From assembly GCA_044226485.1 (NCBI GenBank), contig JBGAGY010000011.1, positions 168,806-232,805 of the forward strand: 64,000 nucleotides of DNA. The letters are read 5' to 3'. This document shows positions 10,671-21,363 of the stretch, one piece after another. Positions within the stretch are counted from its first letter, which is position 1; every line of letters starts with the position of its first letter. Source of the DNA: Anaerolineales bacterium. Lineage in GTDB: Bacteria > Chloroflexota > Anaerolineae > Anaerolineales > UBA6663. The translations under genes and the position numbers were made by a program. The notes under the pieces are model-generated. The model was not told where the DNA came from. It saw nothing but the letters and a program-made list of their open reading frames with translations, and ran no database searches.

Positions 10671-11717
10671 ATGCCACACAAACATCACGCTCCCCTTCGG
10701 CTTCAACTTCTGGCCATCGTTTGCGCGGTCTTGGCCCTCGCGGCGAACATGTCGGGCGCTCACGCGCTGCCCAGCGCCGAACGCCAGGCGCCCGGCGCCT
10801 GGACCAAGCTGGCGGACAATCCAGTGCTATCGCCGGGTTCGTCGGGCGCCTGGGATGATCGTTTCACCCTGGCTCCCAGCGTGTTGCTGGATGGATCAAC
10901 CTACCGGATGTGGTATGCCGGGTCCGGCGCCGTGAATACGAACCGAAGGATCGGATATGCCACCTCGCCCGATGGACTCACCTGGACCCGGCACGGGAGC
11001 GCGCCGGTCTTGAGCCCCGGCCCCGTTGGAAGCTGGGACGCCGGGCAGGTCGGATTCCCATCCGTCATCAAGGATGCCGACACTTTCAAGATGTGGTACA
11101 CCGCCCTCGACACGGCCGACATCGGCCGGGTGGGCTATGCGACGTCTTCGGATGGTTTGAACTGGACCAAATACGCGGGCAACCCTGTGCTCACGGTTGG
11201 CGGACCCGGCAGCTGGGACACGGCCTACGTGGGTGCACCGCAGGTGGTCAAGGTCGGCGGCGTGTACCACCTGTGGTACCGCGGCGGCCTTAACGGCGAT
11301 ATCGGTTATGCCACGTCAGCAGACGGTCTCACGTGGACCAAGTCGGCGCGCAACCCGGTTATTGCCAGCGGTAGCGGCGGGTGGGACGACGTCGCCTACG
11401 ATCCCAGGGTGGTGTTTGACGGCACGCTGTTCCACATGTGGTATTCCGGCTGCAACCCTGCCGGCGACCTCTGCCAGGTCGGTTACGCGACCTCGTCGGA
11501 TGGCGCCGGGTGGACGCGCCATGGGATAGTCCTCCCCCAAGGCGTTGGCGGCGCGTGGGACGACAGCGGGGCCGATCATGCAGCAGTCTTGCTGGTCGGC
11601 ACGACCCTCAAGATGTGGTATTCCGGTTTTGACGGCGAGGTCTATCGCATCGGGTATGCATCGGCGGCCACGACCACGCTGGACCATGAGTTGTATGTTC
11701 CATCTGTGATCCGGTAG
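10671..11717 (+). CDS. secreted beta-propeller protein (GH32/43/130-like fold)
   Basis: Signal-like N-terminus. Four internal repeats [IV]GYATSxDGxxWT[KR]...W. C-terminal tail HELYVPSVIR. Confidence 0.7.
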   Translation: MPHKHHAPLRLQLLAIVCAVLALAANMSGAHALPSAERQAPGAWTKLADNPVLSPGSSGAWDDRFTLAPSVLLDGSTYRMWYAGSGAVNTNRRIGYATSPDGLTWTRHGSAPVLSPGPVGSWDAGQVGFPSVIKDADTFKMWYTALDTADIGRVGYATSSDGLNWTKYAGNPVLTVGGPGSWDTAYVGAPQVVKVGGVYHLWYRGGLNGDIGYATSADGLTWTKSARNPVIASGSGGWDDVAYDPRVVFDGTLFHMWYSGCNPAGDLCQVGYATSSDGAGWTRHGIVLPQGVGGAWDDSGADHAAVLLVGTTLKMWYSGFDGEVYRIGYASAATTTLDHELYVPSVIR

Positions 11718-11765
11718 TCATTGCCCGCGAGCGCTCGACTCGAGCGCCCCTGCCCGGGCGGTCAT

Positions 11766-11801
11766 GCAAAGGCCGTAATCGAAAACGATGACGGCCTTTG
11801 C
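11766..11801 (+). terminator. stem-loop downstream of the three-gene secreted-protein cluster
   Basis: gcaaaggccgt / acggcctttgc 11-bp perfect stem about 50 nt after the stop at 11717. No clear T-tract. Confidence 0.4.
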
Positions 11802-12103
11802 GGTCCCGTTGAAGAGATTGGACCTACGACGATGGGGTGAGCGGCCTGTTCATCTTTAGTGAAGATCGAGGCTTCGTCGACGTCCAGCCGCGCGAACGAC
11901 TCTGCTGGGCGATGCCATCGGTTCGGCTTTTAGACGTCAGTCATCACAATGCCCGACTCGCAGGCTGCCCGGGCCCTGTCGCGGCAGTCGCGCCGACAGG
12001 ATGGTGACCAATGACCACCTGTTTGGAAGCGTCAATCCCAGGTCCGACGCTTTGGGCCATCGTCCATCAACTTGCACAGATCCGAAGCTGACTCCCTGGT
12101 GGT

Positions 12104-12222
12104 CACCAACGCTCGATGGTCCAACCGTCCTAGTTGCTGGCTTCAGTTTCGCTCCACACGTTGGTGGTCAGGTCAACACCCAAAACAGGAGGACCCAGGT
12201 CAGCTGCCTGCGTTCGTCAGGC
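12104..12222 (-). repeat. attC-like repeat, degenerate
   Basis: Left caccaacgctcgatgg and right gacccaggtcagctgcctgcgttcgtcaggc match the consensus arms. Confidence 0.5.
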
Positions 12223-12255
12223 ACGTACCCAACCGCGTACCATCTCCCGAAACCA

Positions 12256-12735
12256 TCAATCGTCAATGGCCTCGACAGCGATGAATATCGTCACCGCTGC
12301 CGGCCCTTCGTATCGCTCGAAGTCCGTCGTGTAGCTGCGTTTGTGGCGTCCTGGCCTGGAAAAGTACTCCCATACCTGCCGCCAGAGGACTGGCACTACT
12401 TCCTGTGGGGTCCCCGCCGCATGAAACGCCAAATACATACCCGGTCTGACTCGAAGTACCGACTGCCCTTCCTCCGCATGGTACGTCTCAGGCACGCGCG
12501 CGCCAGCCGTCACATTGTAGGCCCCAGACGCGTCCGACTCGTAATCCCAGTAGACGCCATAGGCCTCAGCCGATACGCGGTTATTCTGGGCTCCTATGCC
12601 GTCGGCGAAGTATCTTCCCCATAGACTCGGGATCTTCGCTTGATCGACATCGGCCTCGGCCTCATTGGTGGTCCGCACCGTGATCCCCACGATCTGGAAA
12701 CCCTCGACTTCAACGACCTTTGGATCCATGAACAC
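12256..12735 (-). CDS. GyrI-like small-molecule-binding domain protein (cassette)
   Basis: 159-aa ORF with GTG start. Layout typical of the AraC-effector-binding/GyrI-like family (VEVEGFQIVGITVRTTN...). Confidence 0.8.
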   Translation of the reverse strand: MFMDPKVVEVEGFQIVGITVRTTNEAEADVDQAKIPSLWGRYFADGIGAQNNRVSAEAYGVYWDYESDASGAYNVTAGARVPETYHAEEGQSVLRVRPGMYLAFHAAGTPQEVVPVLWRQVWEYFSRPGRHKRSYTTDFERYEGPAAVTIFIAVEAIDD

Positions 12736-12757
12736 CTCGCTTCCGCACTGAGGGAGT

Positions 12758-12884
12758 GCCTAACCACTCGCATCGGGTACGCGGCAAATGAGCCGAGGCC
12801 GTGTTGCCCGAAGGCGCAGCGGCGAACCGGGGCCGGCCGGCTTGGGGCCCCGAGTAGTCATGTCAGCTGCATCGTTCGTCAGGC
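12758..12884 (-). repeat. attC site
   Basis: gcctaaccactcgcatcgggtacgcggc...gagccgaggccg...cttggggccccgagtagtcatgtcagctgcatcgttcgtcaggc. Confidence 0.8.
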
Positions 12885-12942
12885 TTTTGCCTGAACGCCA
12901 CAACCTGATAGCAATCCCGATCACGCCAGACTTGACGATCAG

Positions 12943-13728
12943 TCAATCGACCTGTGCCCCCCCCGTGGCATTGGCCATGGTCGCGGTCATTCCCGCTGCA
13001 AGGTCACTGGCCAGCAGAACAGCCGCGTTGGCGATCTGCGCCAACGGCGTCACCTGCCGCAACGGCACATCCTTGGCAAACTCACGATGGACTTCCTCGA
13101 ACGTGAGCCCCTTCTGGGCTCCATAGGCCTGCCAGGCGTCTCGCACCCCAGGTGCATCGGGTGATCCAGGTGAGCGCACCCAACATACCCTCACCTGAGC
13201 CGGCCCAGCCTCCACCGCCAACTGCCGGAGGTAGTGCTCCACCGCCGCGCAAGCCACGCCGAATCCGCCGACGCCACCAAAGGGTTGGCGACCAGCATTT
13301 GCCGATATCCCCAGGATCGTGCCGCCACCATGTTGAGCCATGTGCCTGGCGAGGATTGTTCCCGTGTGGAACCAGGTCGTGAGGCCTGATCGAACAGGTG
13401 CAAAGAACGAGTCGAACGGCATGTCGGATAGCGCTTGACCCTGGACATCATCCCAAGAAACCGCATTGAACATCAAGGAAACCCGCCCATGCCGTTGGAC
13501 GACCTCATCGAGGTGCCGCTGGACGGCCAGTGGATCCATGGCATCCACAGTCATGACTTGGACGGAGCCCGTCGTTCCGCCGATTTCTTCGGCCGCGCGG
13601 TCAAGAGGTTCACGCCGACGAGCTGAAAGCACGACAGTCGCGCCTTCACGCACAAAAGCCTGTGCCACTGCCTTACCGACCGCGCCTGAAGCCCCGTAGA
13701 CGATGGCCGTTCGATCTGTTAAGAGCAC
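12943..13728 (-). CDS. SDR-family oxidoreductase (cassette)
   Basis: 261 aa. N-terminal Rossmann motif IVYGASGAVGKAV. Confidence 0.85.
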   Translation of the reverse strand: MLLTDRTAIVYGASGAVGKAVAQAFVREGATVVLSARRREPLDRAAEEIGGTTGSVQVMTVDAMDPLAVQRHLDEVVQRHGRVSLMFNAVSWDDVQGQALSDMPFDSFFAPVRSGLTTWFHTGTILARHMAQHGGGTILGISANAGRQPFGGVGGFGVACAAVEHYLRQLAVEAGPAQVRVCWVRSPGSPDAPGVRDAWQAYGAQKGLTFEEVHREFAKDVPLRQVTPLAQIANAAVLLASDLAAGMTATMANATGGAQVD

Positions 13729-13818
13729 CTGATCCCTCCTGATATGTCGGCAATCCCTGCAAACTCACAGCTTGCTCGATACAACTCTGGCCTGACTCTC
13801 TCACGACGGTTCCGGACC

Positions 13819-13947
13819 GCCTAACGATGCCCAACAGCTGCGGGGCGGTTGAGCCAAGGCCGACTCGCCCGACGGCACGCCAGCGCGCCGAAGTCCGCAC
13901 GACCTGGGCCCCCGATTAGTCACGTCAGCTGCATGCTGTGGCTAGGC
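13819..13947 (-). repeat. attC site
   Basis: gcctaacgatgcccaacagctgcggggcgg...gggcccccgattagtcacgtcagctgcatgctgtggctaggc. Confidence 0.8.
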
Positions 13948-14114
13948 TGCGGTTGGAGTCACTTGCCACTGCGGACCTTATATCTCAAAACATCCCGACG
14001 AGTTGTGCAGGCGTGGGAGCCAGCCACGGCCCGAAACCGTGCTTACCAACGGACCGAAGAACACGAGACCCGTCCGAGTGCGGCGCGTTGTTGGCGAAAT
14101 GACCCACTTCATAG

Positions 14115-14684
14115 TCAGCGCGCGCGCCGGTAGTGCATGGCGACGACCCCGTTGCGGAGAGGCTTCGCCGAGACCAACTCGAGCTTTCGCGTGCTGGGCA
14201 GTCCGCTCTCGTACAGAGTTGGTCCGTGGCCGGCGATCCTGGGATGGACGAGCAACTTGTACTCGTCGATCAGATTCAGCCGGTCCAACTCCGCCGCGAG
14301 CTTACCGCTACCGAGGAGCACGCCACCCGGAGTCGCGTCCTTGAGCTCCTGCACGCCCGTTCGCAGGTCGCCGGTGATGCGGTGGCTGTTGGTCCACGGC
14401 AACTCCGTTCGCGTCGACGACACCACGTACTTCGGCTTGGCCTCCAGCTTGACGGCCCACTCGTGAAGCACCGGCGGCACCTCCACCTCGCCACGGGCGA
14501 CCGCTGGCCAGTAACTCTCCATCATCTCGTAGGTGACGCGGCCCCACAGCATCGCCCCGGTCTCGTCCATTAGGCGGGTGAAGAAGGCATGTGTCTCGTC
14601 GTCAACGATTCCTTCTTGGTCATCGATGCAGCCGTCCAGGGTGACGTTAATGCTGAAGGTCAGTAGTCCCATGATGTTCCTCAC
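14115..14684 (-). CDS. RibD C-terminal domain / dihydrofolate-reductase-like protein (cassette)
   Basis: LTFSINVTLDGCI, LWGRVTYEMM, LLGSGKLAAEL, DEYKLLVHPRIAGHG are typical of the RibD_C family. Confidence 0.85.
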   Translation of the reverse strand: MRNIMGLLTFSINVTLDGCIDDQEGIVDDETHAFFTRLMDETGAMLWGRVTYEMMESYWPAVARGEVEVPPVLHEWAVKLEAKPKYVVSSTRTELPWTNSHRITGDLRTGVQELKDATPGGVLLGSGKLAAELDRLNLIDEYKLLVHPRIAGHGPTLYESGLPSTRKLELVSAKPLRNGVVAMHYRRAR

Positions 14685-14727
14685 TCGAGAAATGCAGCCA
14701 GGCGACCCAAGGCGCTCACTCCTTGTC

Positions 14728-14760
14728 GCCTAATGTTGGGCATCAGCTGCAGGCCATTGC
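14728..14760 (-). repeat. attC fragment (one arm only)
   Basis: gcctaatgttgggcatcagctgcaggcc. A second small fragment, cctaatcagctgcg, lies at 14811-14825. Confidence 0.45.
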
Positions 14761-14953
14761 TACACTGTTGCCTGAACCGGTAACCACGGCGGCGATACGA
14801 CTCTGGATATCCTAATCAGCTGCGAAAGACGCAACCGTCAGCCACCACCCCGAACCGCGTGCACGCCTGGGCATTCCAGCCACGGGCACAGCCCAACTCC
14901 AGCCTGGCTGCACCAGCGACCTTGAGCTTATCACCCACACGGCTATCCGCACA

Positions 14954-15047
14954 GCCTAACGGCTCGCATCACCGACGTGACGGGTGAGCCGAGACCGGCA
15001 GGAAACGGTGCCTCGGATAGCGAGGTCCATCGCTGCACTCGTTAGTC
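14954..15047 (-). repeat. attC-like repeat, degenerate
   Basis: gcctaacggctcgcatcaccgacgtgacgggtgagccgagaccgg...ccatcgctgcactcgttagtc. Confidence 0.6.
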
Positions 15048-15155
15048 CAGGCTGGACCACACCCAGCCATAACAGAAGTGCAGGTGCCCGAACTCTGCTG
15101 ACGGCCCACAGCCGCGAGCAGTCACAGAACTGGCCACACCTCCGCCCTGGACAAC

Positions 15156-15803
15156 TCAGCGTGGTTGGCCATAGACCCTGACGTAGCGCTCATGCAGTCG
15201 AGCGAGACCTTCCGGCGGGATCTCCTCGGGCGTCCCGATCTGCAGCGCCAGCCACACGGTCTTCGCATTCTCTTCAGTCATCACCGCAGCTTTGACGGCC
15301 GCTTCGGCCGTTGGCCCAATCGTGAACACGCCGTGGTTGCGCATAAGGATCGCGGGCGACGACCCGATGCTTGAAACCACAACCTTGCCGATGGCGTCAT
15401 CGCCGATCAGGGCGAAGCCTCCCACAGGAATAGGGCCGCCGAACTCGTCGCCAATAGCGGTCAACACCGGCGGGATCGGCCGATTGACGGCCGCAAACGC
15501 CGTCGCATAGGGCGAGTGCGTGTGCACAATCCCTCCGACGTCGGGACGATTTCGGTAGATGTACAGATGGCTGGCGGTGTCGGAGGAAGGCGTGTAGGCG
15601 CCCTCGACAACCCGGCCTTCGAGGTCCACGATGACGATGTGGTCAGGTCGCAGCAATTCGTAGCGAATGCCCGAGGCCTTGATCGCCACCAGGCCGGTGT
15701 CAGGGTCCCGCGCGCTGACATTGCCGCCGGTCCAAACCACCAGCTGGTGGCGCGGCAATTCCAGGTGCAACGCAACAAGGTCGTGTTTGAGACGATCCAG
15801 CAT
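15156..15803 (-). CDS. class II aldolase / L-ribulose-5-phosphate 4-epimerase-like protein
   Basis: GNVSARD and HTHSPYATAF metal-site motifs. Start placed at MLDRLKHDL. Confidence 0.9.
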   Translation of the reverse strand: MLDRLKHDLVALHLELPRHQLVVWTGGNVSARDPDTGLVAIKASGIRYELLRPDHIVIVDLEGRVVEGAYTPSSDTASHLYIYRNRPDVGGIVHTHSPYATAFAAVNRPIPPVLTAIGDEFGGPIPVGGFALIGDDAIGKVVVSSIGSSPAILMRNHGVFTIGPTAEAAVKAAVMTEENAKTVWLALQIGTPEEIPPEGLARLHERYVRVYGQPR

Positions 15804-15854
15804 GATCCCTTCACCGCTGCGCGCCCGAGGCGGCTCCAACAACCGGCTCCATGC

Positions 15855-16913
15855 TCATTCTCCAGGCTGGAGGGCCGGCAAGATCCTGGCCCAGCCGTCC
15901 GGTAGCGGCAGGCGTTGACGATCGACGAAACTTCGCAAAGCCGTGGCGTCGAGGCCAGGATGAATCGTGTGCGGCGACGTGACGGCCAGGGCCGCGACCC
16001 AGCTTGCCAGGCCATGAGCCTCGACCGGGGTCAGGCCCGCCGCCAGGCCGCTCAGCAATCCCGCCAGATGAGCGTCGCCGGCCCCGGCGGTGCCCACGAC
16101 CTCCACCGGCACAGCCGGGAGGAACGACGCCGTGACGCCGTCCCACAACCAGCTCCCTTCAGCCCCGCAGGTCACCGAGAGCAGGCCATCCGGTCTGAGG
16201 GTCCTCCACCGCTCGCACGCCGCTTCGAACAACGTCGTCCGATCGACCGCGCGCTCGTCTCCAAACGCGAAGACCGAGGCCTCGCCGCGATTGAGCGCCA
16301 GCAGATCCACCAGCGCGATCAAGGCTTGACCCTCACGGGTGTTCAACTCGCCCTGTGTCAAGGCGGCGGCGCGAAAACAGGCATGGGCCGTGCCTAGTTG
16401 CAGGAGATGACGCCGCGCGGCCAGCGGCGCCTCGGGTACGGCCAACGCGATAGCGCGTGGGCCATACATGCGAATCTGAGCTTCGGCCTTTCCGACCAAC
16501 GCTTCGTCAACCTGATCGCTGGCGGAGTTGCGCGTGGTCAGGTTGCCCCCGCTGCCGTCCGGATACAGGAAGCAAAACGACGACAACGTCGTGGCACCGG
16601 CGAGCGCGCGCACCCAACGGACGTCCAGGCCGGCAGCGATCATCTCCTCGAGCAGTCGTTCGCCCTCGGGGTCGCGGCCGACGCAGCCGATTGGGAAAAC
16701 CGCCGCAGCTTCACCAAGCAACTGCTTCACGTAGTGCGCGATGATGTGGAGTTTGCAGTAGTCGCGCCGATCGAGGAGCCGACCGCTGCGGCTTTCTTCG
16801 CGCCCGAGGGTCTGGTCGCCATCCAGGGCAAAGAACTGGCCCGTGCCGATGCCGCCGACCCCGAACAGGGCTTCGTAGCGCACGCGGTGTGGATCAAGCT
16901 GCAGAGCACTCAT
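15855..16913 (-). CDS. PfkB-family carbohydrate kinase
   Basis: 352 aa. C-terminal GAGDAHLAG ATP-site motif. Confidence 0.85.
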   Translation of the reverse strand: MSALQLDPHRVRYEALFGVGGIGTGQFFALDGDQTLGREESRSGRLLDRRDYCKLHIIAHYVKQLLGEAAAVFPIGCVGRDPEGERLLEEMIAAGLDVRWVRALAGATTLSSFCFLYPDGSGGNLTTRNSASDQVDEALVGKAEAQIRMYGPRAIALAVPEAPLAARRHLLQLGTAHACFRAAALTQGELNTREGQALIALVDLLALNRGEASVFAFGDERAVDRTTLFEAACERWRTLRPDGLLSVTCGAEGSWLWDGVTASFLPAVPVEVVGTAGAGDAHLAGLLSGLAAGLTPVEAHGLASWVAALAVTSPHTIHPGLDATALRSFVDRQRLPLPDGWARILPALQPGE

Positions 16914-18064
16914 GGGTGGGTCGCGGCTCCTTCGTTTTCGATCCTCACGACTGGATCGGATGGCGATCGGCGGGCCGCCTGAACGGCGCCATCGCGCGTG
17001 ATGGCCAATACTTCAGGAACGGGCTCGAAGAGCACGGCCGTCAGCCAGGCCCGTTGAGTCGCGCCGGGTTCCAGGGTGCGCGCCGTCCCGTTCTCGATGG
17101 CGGTTTGCAGCCCGGCACAGGGATAGCTGGTCCAGGGCTCAAGGCCCATGCAATACGTCCGGCCATACCAGGGATATCCAACGCCGCCGCCCAACGCCTG
17201 CCAGAGCCACACATGGCGGAACACCTCAGCGTCCCACGCCAGGCCGAAACCGAGCCCGGCCCGATCGTTCTGAACTGCCAGCCAGCCCTCTTTGAAGCCC
17301 TTGAGGTAGCAGTTGTCCATCGAACGCTGACTGTTGGGCGGCAGGCACCTCAGATCCAGAGGCTGACCGTTTCGGTCTTTGAGCCACGGCCAATCGCCGA
17401 CCTGATGCAGACCCATACGATGGTCGGGCCCGTCCTCAGCCGTGAGCACCTCGAGGGTGGAGGCCGGGGCAGAGAGCCGGCAGGCATCGTCGAGGAACGG
17501 CGCGCCGACCACCGGGTGGTGGCCCCACATGAACGGCAGTGCTTCGGCCCCCTCGTTGGTGAGCGCTTCTTCAATGAAGAGAGCGGCGGCCCCGCGGCGC
17601 AGAGTCAGGGTCTTGCGCAACAGGAACGGCGTGCGCGTCGTTCGCACCCACAGACCCACGCGTACGCAGTCTGCCGTGTCCTCCAGGATGCGGTAGGCCC
17701 AGGGCACATTGGTCGTCTCGGCGAAGAAGCCGAAGTCCGCACCGTTCACGACGCTCGCCGGCCCGCCGTTCGGTACAACCTCGAACCAGCCGCCGCTCCA
17801 GCGATCGAAGAAGGACGCGGCGGGCGACACGGTCGGCGGGCGCAGTCCGTTGGGCGCGCGCCAGAGCACGTCGATGTCCGTCGGCTTGTGCAGGAACTGG
17901 ACGATCTCGGCGCCCTTGTCCACTAACACCACCAGCTGGATCCGATCATTCTGAAGGAGAAGCGCGCGATAGCCGCACCAGATCAGCCGATCGTCGATCC
18001 GACAACCCCAATGCCGGTCGGGGTCGGGCCGCGCGCCCTCCCCGGTTTCCCAAAAAGCATCCAT
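16910..18064 (-). CDS. aldose-1-epimerase-like (DUF4432-type) protein
   Basis: 384 aa with mutarotase-like composition. Overlaps the downstream kinase by 4 nt. Confidence 0.65.
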   Translation of the reverse strand: MDAFWETGEGARPDPDRHWGCRIDDRLIWCGYRALLLQNDRIQLVVLVDKGAEIVQFLHKPTDIDVLWRAPNGLRPPTVSPAASFFDRWSGGWFEVVPNGGPASVVNGADFGFFAETTNVPWAYRILEDTADCVRVGLWVRTTRTPFLLRKTLTLRRGAAALFIEEALTNEGAEALPFMWGHHPVVGAPFLDDACRLSAPASTLEVLTAEDGPDHRMGLHQVGDWPWLKDRNGQPLDLRCLPPNSQRSMDNCYLKGFKEGWLAVQNDRAGLGFGLAWDAEVFRHVWLWQALGGGVGYPWYGRTYCMGLEPWTSYPCAGLQTAIENGTARTLEPGATQRAWLTAVLFEPVPEVLAITRDGAVQAARRSPSDPVVRIENEGAATHP

Positions 18065-18076
18065 GAACCAACCGCC

Positions 18077-18949
18077 TTACTTGAAGCCCGTCATCGCCAG
18101 GCTGGCGACGAAGCGCCGCTGTAGAACGATGTACACGAGCAGGATTGGCAGCAGCACGATGACGGACGCCGTCATGGTCAGGTCATGCCGCGTCGTGTGC
18201 TGCGTGTTGTACCAGGTCAACAGCAACGGCAGCGTCCGCCGATCGTGGGTGGTGATCACGATCAGCGGCCAGAGGTAATCGTTCCAGCTGGCCATGAAGT
18301 TGAAGATGCCCAGCGCCGACAGCGGCGCGCCGAGCTGCGGCAGAATGATGTTCCAGAAGATCCGGAACTCGGAGGCCCCGTCGATGCGCGCCGCGTCGAT
18401 CAACTCGCTCGGGATCGCCGCGATCGACTGACGCATCAAGAAGATGCCGAACGCATCCACCATCGAGGGCACGATCAGGCCCCACAGGCTGTCCACCAGA
18501 TGCAGCCGGGCCAGAATCAGGTAGGACGGGATCATCACGATCTGGAACGGGATCATCAACTGAGCCAGGATGAAGCCGAAGAAGGCCCGCTGCCCCCAAA
18601 ACCGGAACTTGGCGAAGATGTAGCCTGCTAATGAACTCGTGAACAGGGTCGTGGCCACGTGCGCGCCGGCGACGAGCAGACTGTTAAGGAAGAAGCGTCC
18701 CAGCGGCACCTCGGGGTCGGTGAAGATGGTGACGTAGCTGGCCAGCGTCCAGGTCTCTGGCCAGAACGTCGGCGGCACGCGGATGATCTCGGCGCTCGAC
18801 TTGAACGACGACAGGATCGCCCACGCGAACGGCAGCAGCGTCACGATGCCGCCGAGCGTCAGCACGACATAGACCAGGCCGCGGCCCAGCGAGAGACGCG
18901 CGCCGGGCCGGGGCGCCTGGGTCACCGGGAGTCGCTCGAGGGTCGTCAT
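18077..18949 (-). CDS. carbohydrate ABC transporter permease
   Basis: EAA loop [20 protein letters not shown]. Start at MTTLERL; the longer ORF-track N-terminus is a high-GC artefact. Confidence 0.9.
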   Translation of the reverse strand: MTTLERLPVTQAPRPGARLSLGRGLVYVVLTLGGIVTLLPFAWAILSSFKSSAEIIRVPPTFWPETWTLASYVTIFTDPEVPLGRFFLNSLLVAGAHVATTLFTSSLAGYIFAKFRFWGQRAFFGFILAQLMIPFQIVMIPSYLILARLHLVDSLWGLIVPSMVDAFGIFLMRQSIAAIPSELIDAARIDGASEFRIFWNIILPQLGAPLSALGIFNFMASWNDYLWPLIVITTHDRRTLPLLLTWYNTQHTTRHDLTMTASVIVLLPILLVYIVLQRRFVASLAMTGFK

Positions 18950-18951
18950 GA

Positions 18952-19938
18952 TCAATACTCCCAGTTGGTGCGCAACAGCTTGAACTGCGCGACCGTGACC
19001 ACCAGGATGATCGCGAACAGCACCAACGAGATCGCGGCCGCCCAGCCCATGTTCTGGTACCGGAACGCGTTCTGGTAGATGCTCATCACCAGGGGCGTCG
19101 TCTGGTTGCGCGGTCCGCCGTTGGTCAAGACGTCGAAGATCACGAAGACCTGGAACGACGACAACATGGTCAGGACGCAAACGAAGAGCATCGTCGGCCT
19201 GAGCAGCGGCAGCGTGATGCGGGTCAGGATCTGCCAGGCGTTCGCGCCGTCGACGCGGGCCGCGTCGACCAGTTCCTCGGGGATGCCCTGCAGCGCCGCC
19301 ATGAAGATCACGACGTTGTAGCCGAAGTCCTGCCAGAGATAGGCGACGACGACGGCCAGCATCGCAAGCGGGATGCCGAACACCGTGGCGGTGGGATCCG
19401 TCAGCCAGGTCCGCGGCGGGACGAGGCCGATCGCCCGGATCAGGCTGCTCAGCGGGCCCTGCTCGGGGTTGTAGATGTAGCCCCACAGGATGGCCACCGC
19501 CACGGACGAACTGATGGTCGGCATGAAGTAGATCGCGCGGTACAGGCCCTTGAGCCGCGAGTGCACGCTCTCGACCATGACGGCCAGGGGCAGCGTGATG
19601 AGGAGGTTCAGGGGAAGCACCAGCAACGAGAACAGGAACGTGTTGAACAACGCCTGACGAAAGACCCGGGCCGGCTGCGACGCCGCGAACATCGCCTCGA
19701 AGTTGCCGAGCCCCACGAACGGGTTGTTCCCGCCCAGGCCGAAGAGGGGTCCGCCCGCGCGCGTCGGTGAGTAGTCGAAGAACGCCAGGGCCACTGCCCA
19801 GACCATGGGCAGCAGCGCGAAGCCCATCATGTAGACCATGATCGGCGTCAGGGCGCTCGCGACGAAGCGATCCTGTGCGACGCGCACGCCTGAGGTCGGG
19901 TTGGCACGGGCCGGTCGGCGAAGAGGCAGGATGTTCAT
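18952..19938 (-). CDS. carbohydrate ABC transporter permease
   Basis: EAA loop [20 protein letters not shown]. Start at MNILPLRRP. Confidence 0.9.
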   Translation of the reverse strand: MNILPLRRPARANPTSGVRVAQDRFVASALTPIMVYMMGFALLPMVWAVALAFFDYSPTRAGGPLFGLGGNNPFVGLGNFEAMFAASQPARVFRQALFNTFLFSLLVLPLNLLITLPLAVMVESVHSRLKGLYRAIYFMPTISSSVAVAILWGYIYNPEQGPLSSLIRAIGLVPPRTWLTDPTATVFGIPLAMLAVVVAYLWQDFGYNVVIFMAALQGIPEELVDAARVDGANAWQILTRITLPLLRPTMLFVCVLTMLSSFQVFVIFDVLTNGGPRNQTTPLVMSIYQNAFRYQNMGWAAAISLVLFAIILVVTVAQFKLLRTNWEY

Positions 19939-19952
19939 CGGATCTTCTCGCG

Positions 19953-21269
19953 TTACTTCGCGGCGTCGACCATCGCGTTCGACTCTTCCTGGATCGCCTG
20001 GATGGCCTCGTCCACCGTGACGGCGCCCGTCATCGCATCCAGGACGTGCGGGTGGATGATCTCGTAGAAGAGCTGGTCGCGATCCGTCACGGTGCCCACA
20101 TAGCGCCCATACGGCAACAGATCGAACGTGGCGCGCAGGTACGGCGCCTTCTCCAGGATCGCGTCGGGCTGGGCGATCGCGGCCTTCATCGCCGGGATCG
20201 TGGCCGAGCGGATGTTCCACTCGACGGCGTTCTCTTGATTGGCCGCCATGTATTGCGCAAGGAGCCAGGCCTCACGCGGATGCTGGGTGTGGACGGACAC
20301 CACCTTGCCCCAACCCGAGTCGGCCGCGAAGACGGGCTGCGTGCCATAGTACGGCGGCAGGGCGACGTAGTCGAAGGCTTCATCCGGGAAGTTGAGCGGG
20401 CCGGCCGCTGCCGCCCATGAGCCGACGAAGCCGATCGCGACCTTGTTGTTGAAGAATGCGTCGCCCACCCAGTTGGAGGTGTCGTTGAACAGAAGCGGGT
20501 CGACCACCTTGTGGGTCTGCACCATGTCGACCATCAACTGCAGGGCCTTGCGCGCTTCGGGGGTATCGAAGGTGAAATGGCGCCCGTCCGCCGCGAGGTA
20601 TTCGCCCTTCTGCTGAAGGATGGCGGCCAGGAACGTGAAGGGGATGCCATCGGCGGTGACGAAGTCGAAGCCCGAGACCGTCATGGTGCCGTTGGCGTCG
20701 AATTGCGTCAACTCCGCGGCGTCGGCGAGCATGGCGTCGAAGTCTTTCCACTGTGGCGGATAGGGCACGCCGGCGGCCGCGAACAGATCGGGGTTGACCA
20801 GCGCACCGCCATTCTCGAGGTTGTACTCCTCCGGCAGTCCATAGAGCTGGTCGTTGCACAGAAAGCCCTGCAGCGGCGCGTCAAAATACGTGTCGCGCGC
20901 CTGCGCCACGGTCATCACGTCGTCGGGAACGACCTGGAGGCGGCCGCCCTCGGCGTAGCTGCACACCCAGGTGCCGAACATCGTGATGACGTCGGCCTCT
21001 GTCCCGGCTGGCATCGACGTCTGCAGGGTCTGGATGTAGACCTCGTAGTCGAAGGTTTCGTACTCGACCTTGATGTCGGGATGATCCACCATGAAGCGTT
21101 GGACGAGCGCCTCGTTCGCCTCTTGAAAGCCGGTGCCCTGATGGGACCAGAGACGCAGCGTGATCGGCTCCGATCCGGTATCGGTCGCCGGCGCCGGCGT
21201 GGTCGGCTCACAGGCAGCCAACAAGGCGGCCAAGGACATGGCCAGAATCGAAGGACAATGGCGGTTCAT
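19953..21269 (-). CDS. ABC transporter extracellular sugar-binding lipoprotein
   Basis: Lipoprotein signal [20 protein letters not shown]. 438 aa, family-1 solute-binding protein. Confidence 0.9.
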   Translation of the reverse strand: MNRHCPSILAMSLAALLAACEPTTPAPATDTGSEPITLRLWSHQGTGFQEANEALVQRFMVDHPDIKVEYETFDYEVYIQTLQTSMPAGTEADVITMFGTWVCSYAEGGRLQVVPDDVMTVAQARDTYFDAPLQGFLCNDQLYGLPEEYNLENGGALVNPDLFAAAGVPYPPQWKDFDAMLADAAELTQFDANGTMTVSGFDFVTADGIPFTFLAAILQQKGEYLAADGRHFTFDTPEARKALQLMVDMVQTHKVVDPLLFNDTSNWVGDAFFNNKVAIGFVGSWAAAAGPLNFPDEAFDYVALPPYYGTQPVFAADSGWGKVVSVHTQHPREAWLLAQYMAANQENAVEWNIRSATIPAMKAAIAQPDAILEKAPYLRATFDLLPYGRYVGTVTDRDQLFYEIIHPHVLDAMTGAVTVDEAIQAIQEESNAMVDAAK

Positions 21270-21363
21270 GGAGCCTCTCTGTGAGGCGCGCGGTCAGCGC
21301 AATGGAGCGCCGACGCGGCCTGTTGATGGCCGTTCGGGGGACGGCCGCGAACGAGTGGATGAC

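Larger units (their letters stand above)
12104..15047 (-). mobile_element. integron-type cassette cluster (3 cassettes, 5 attC copies or fragments)
   Basis: attC copies alternate with three minus-strand single-gene units. Confidence 0.75.
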
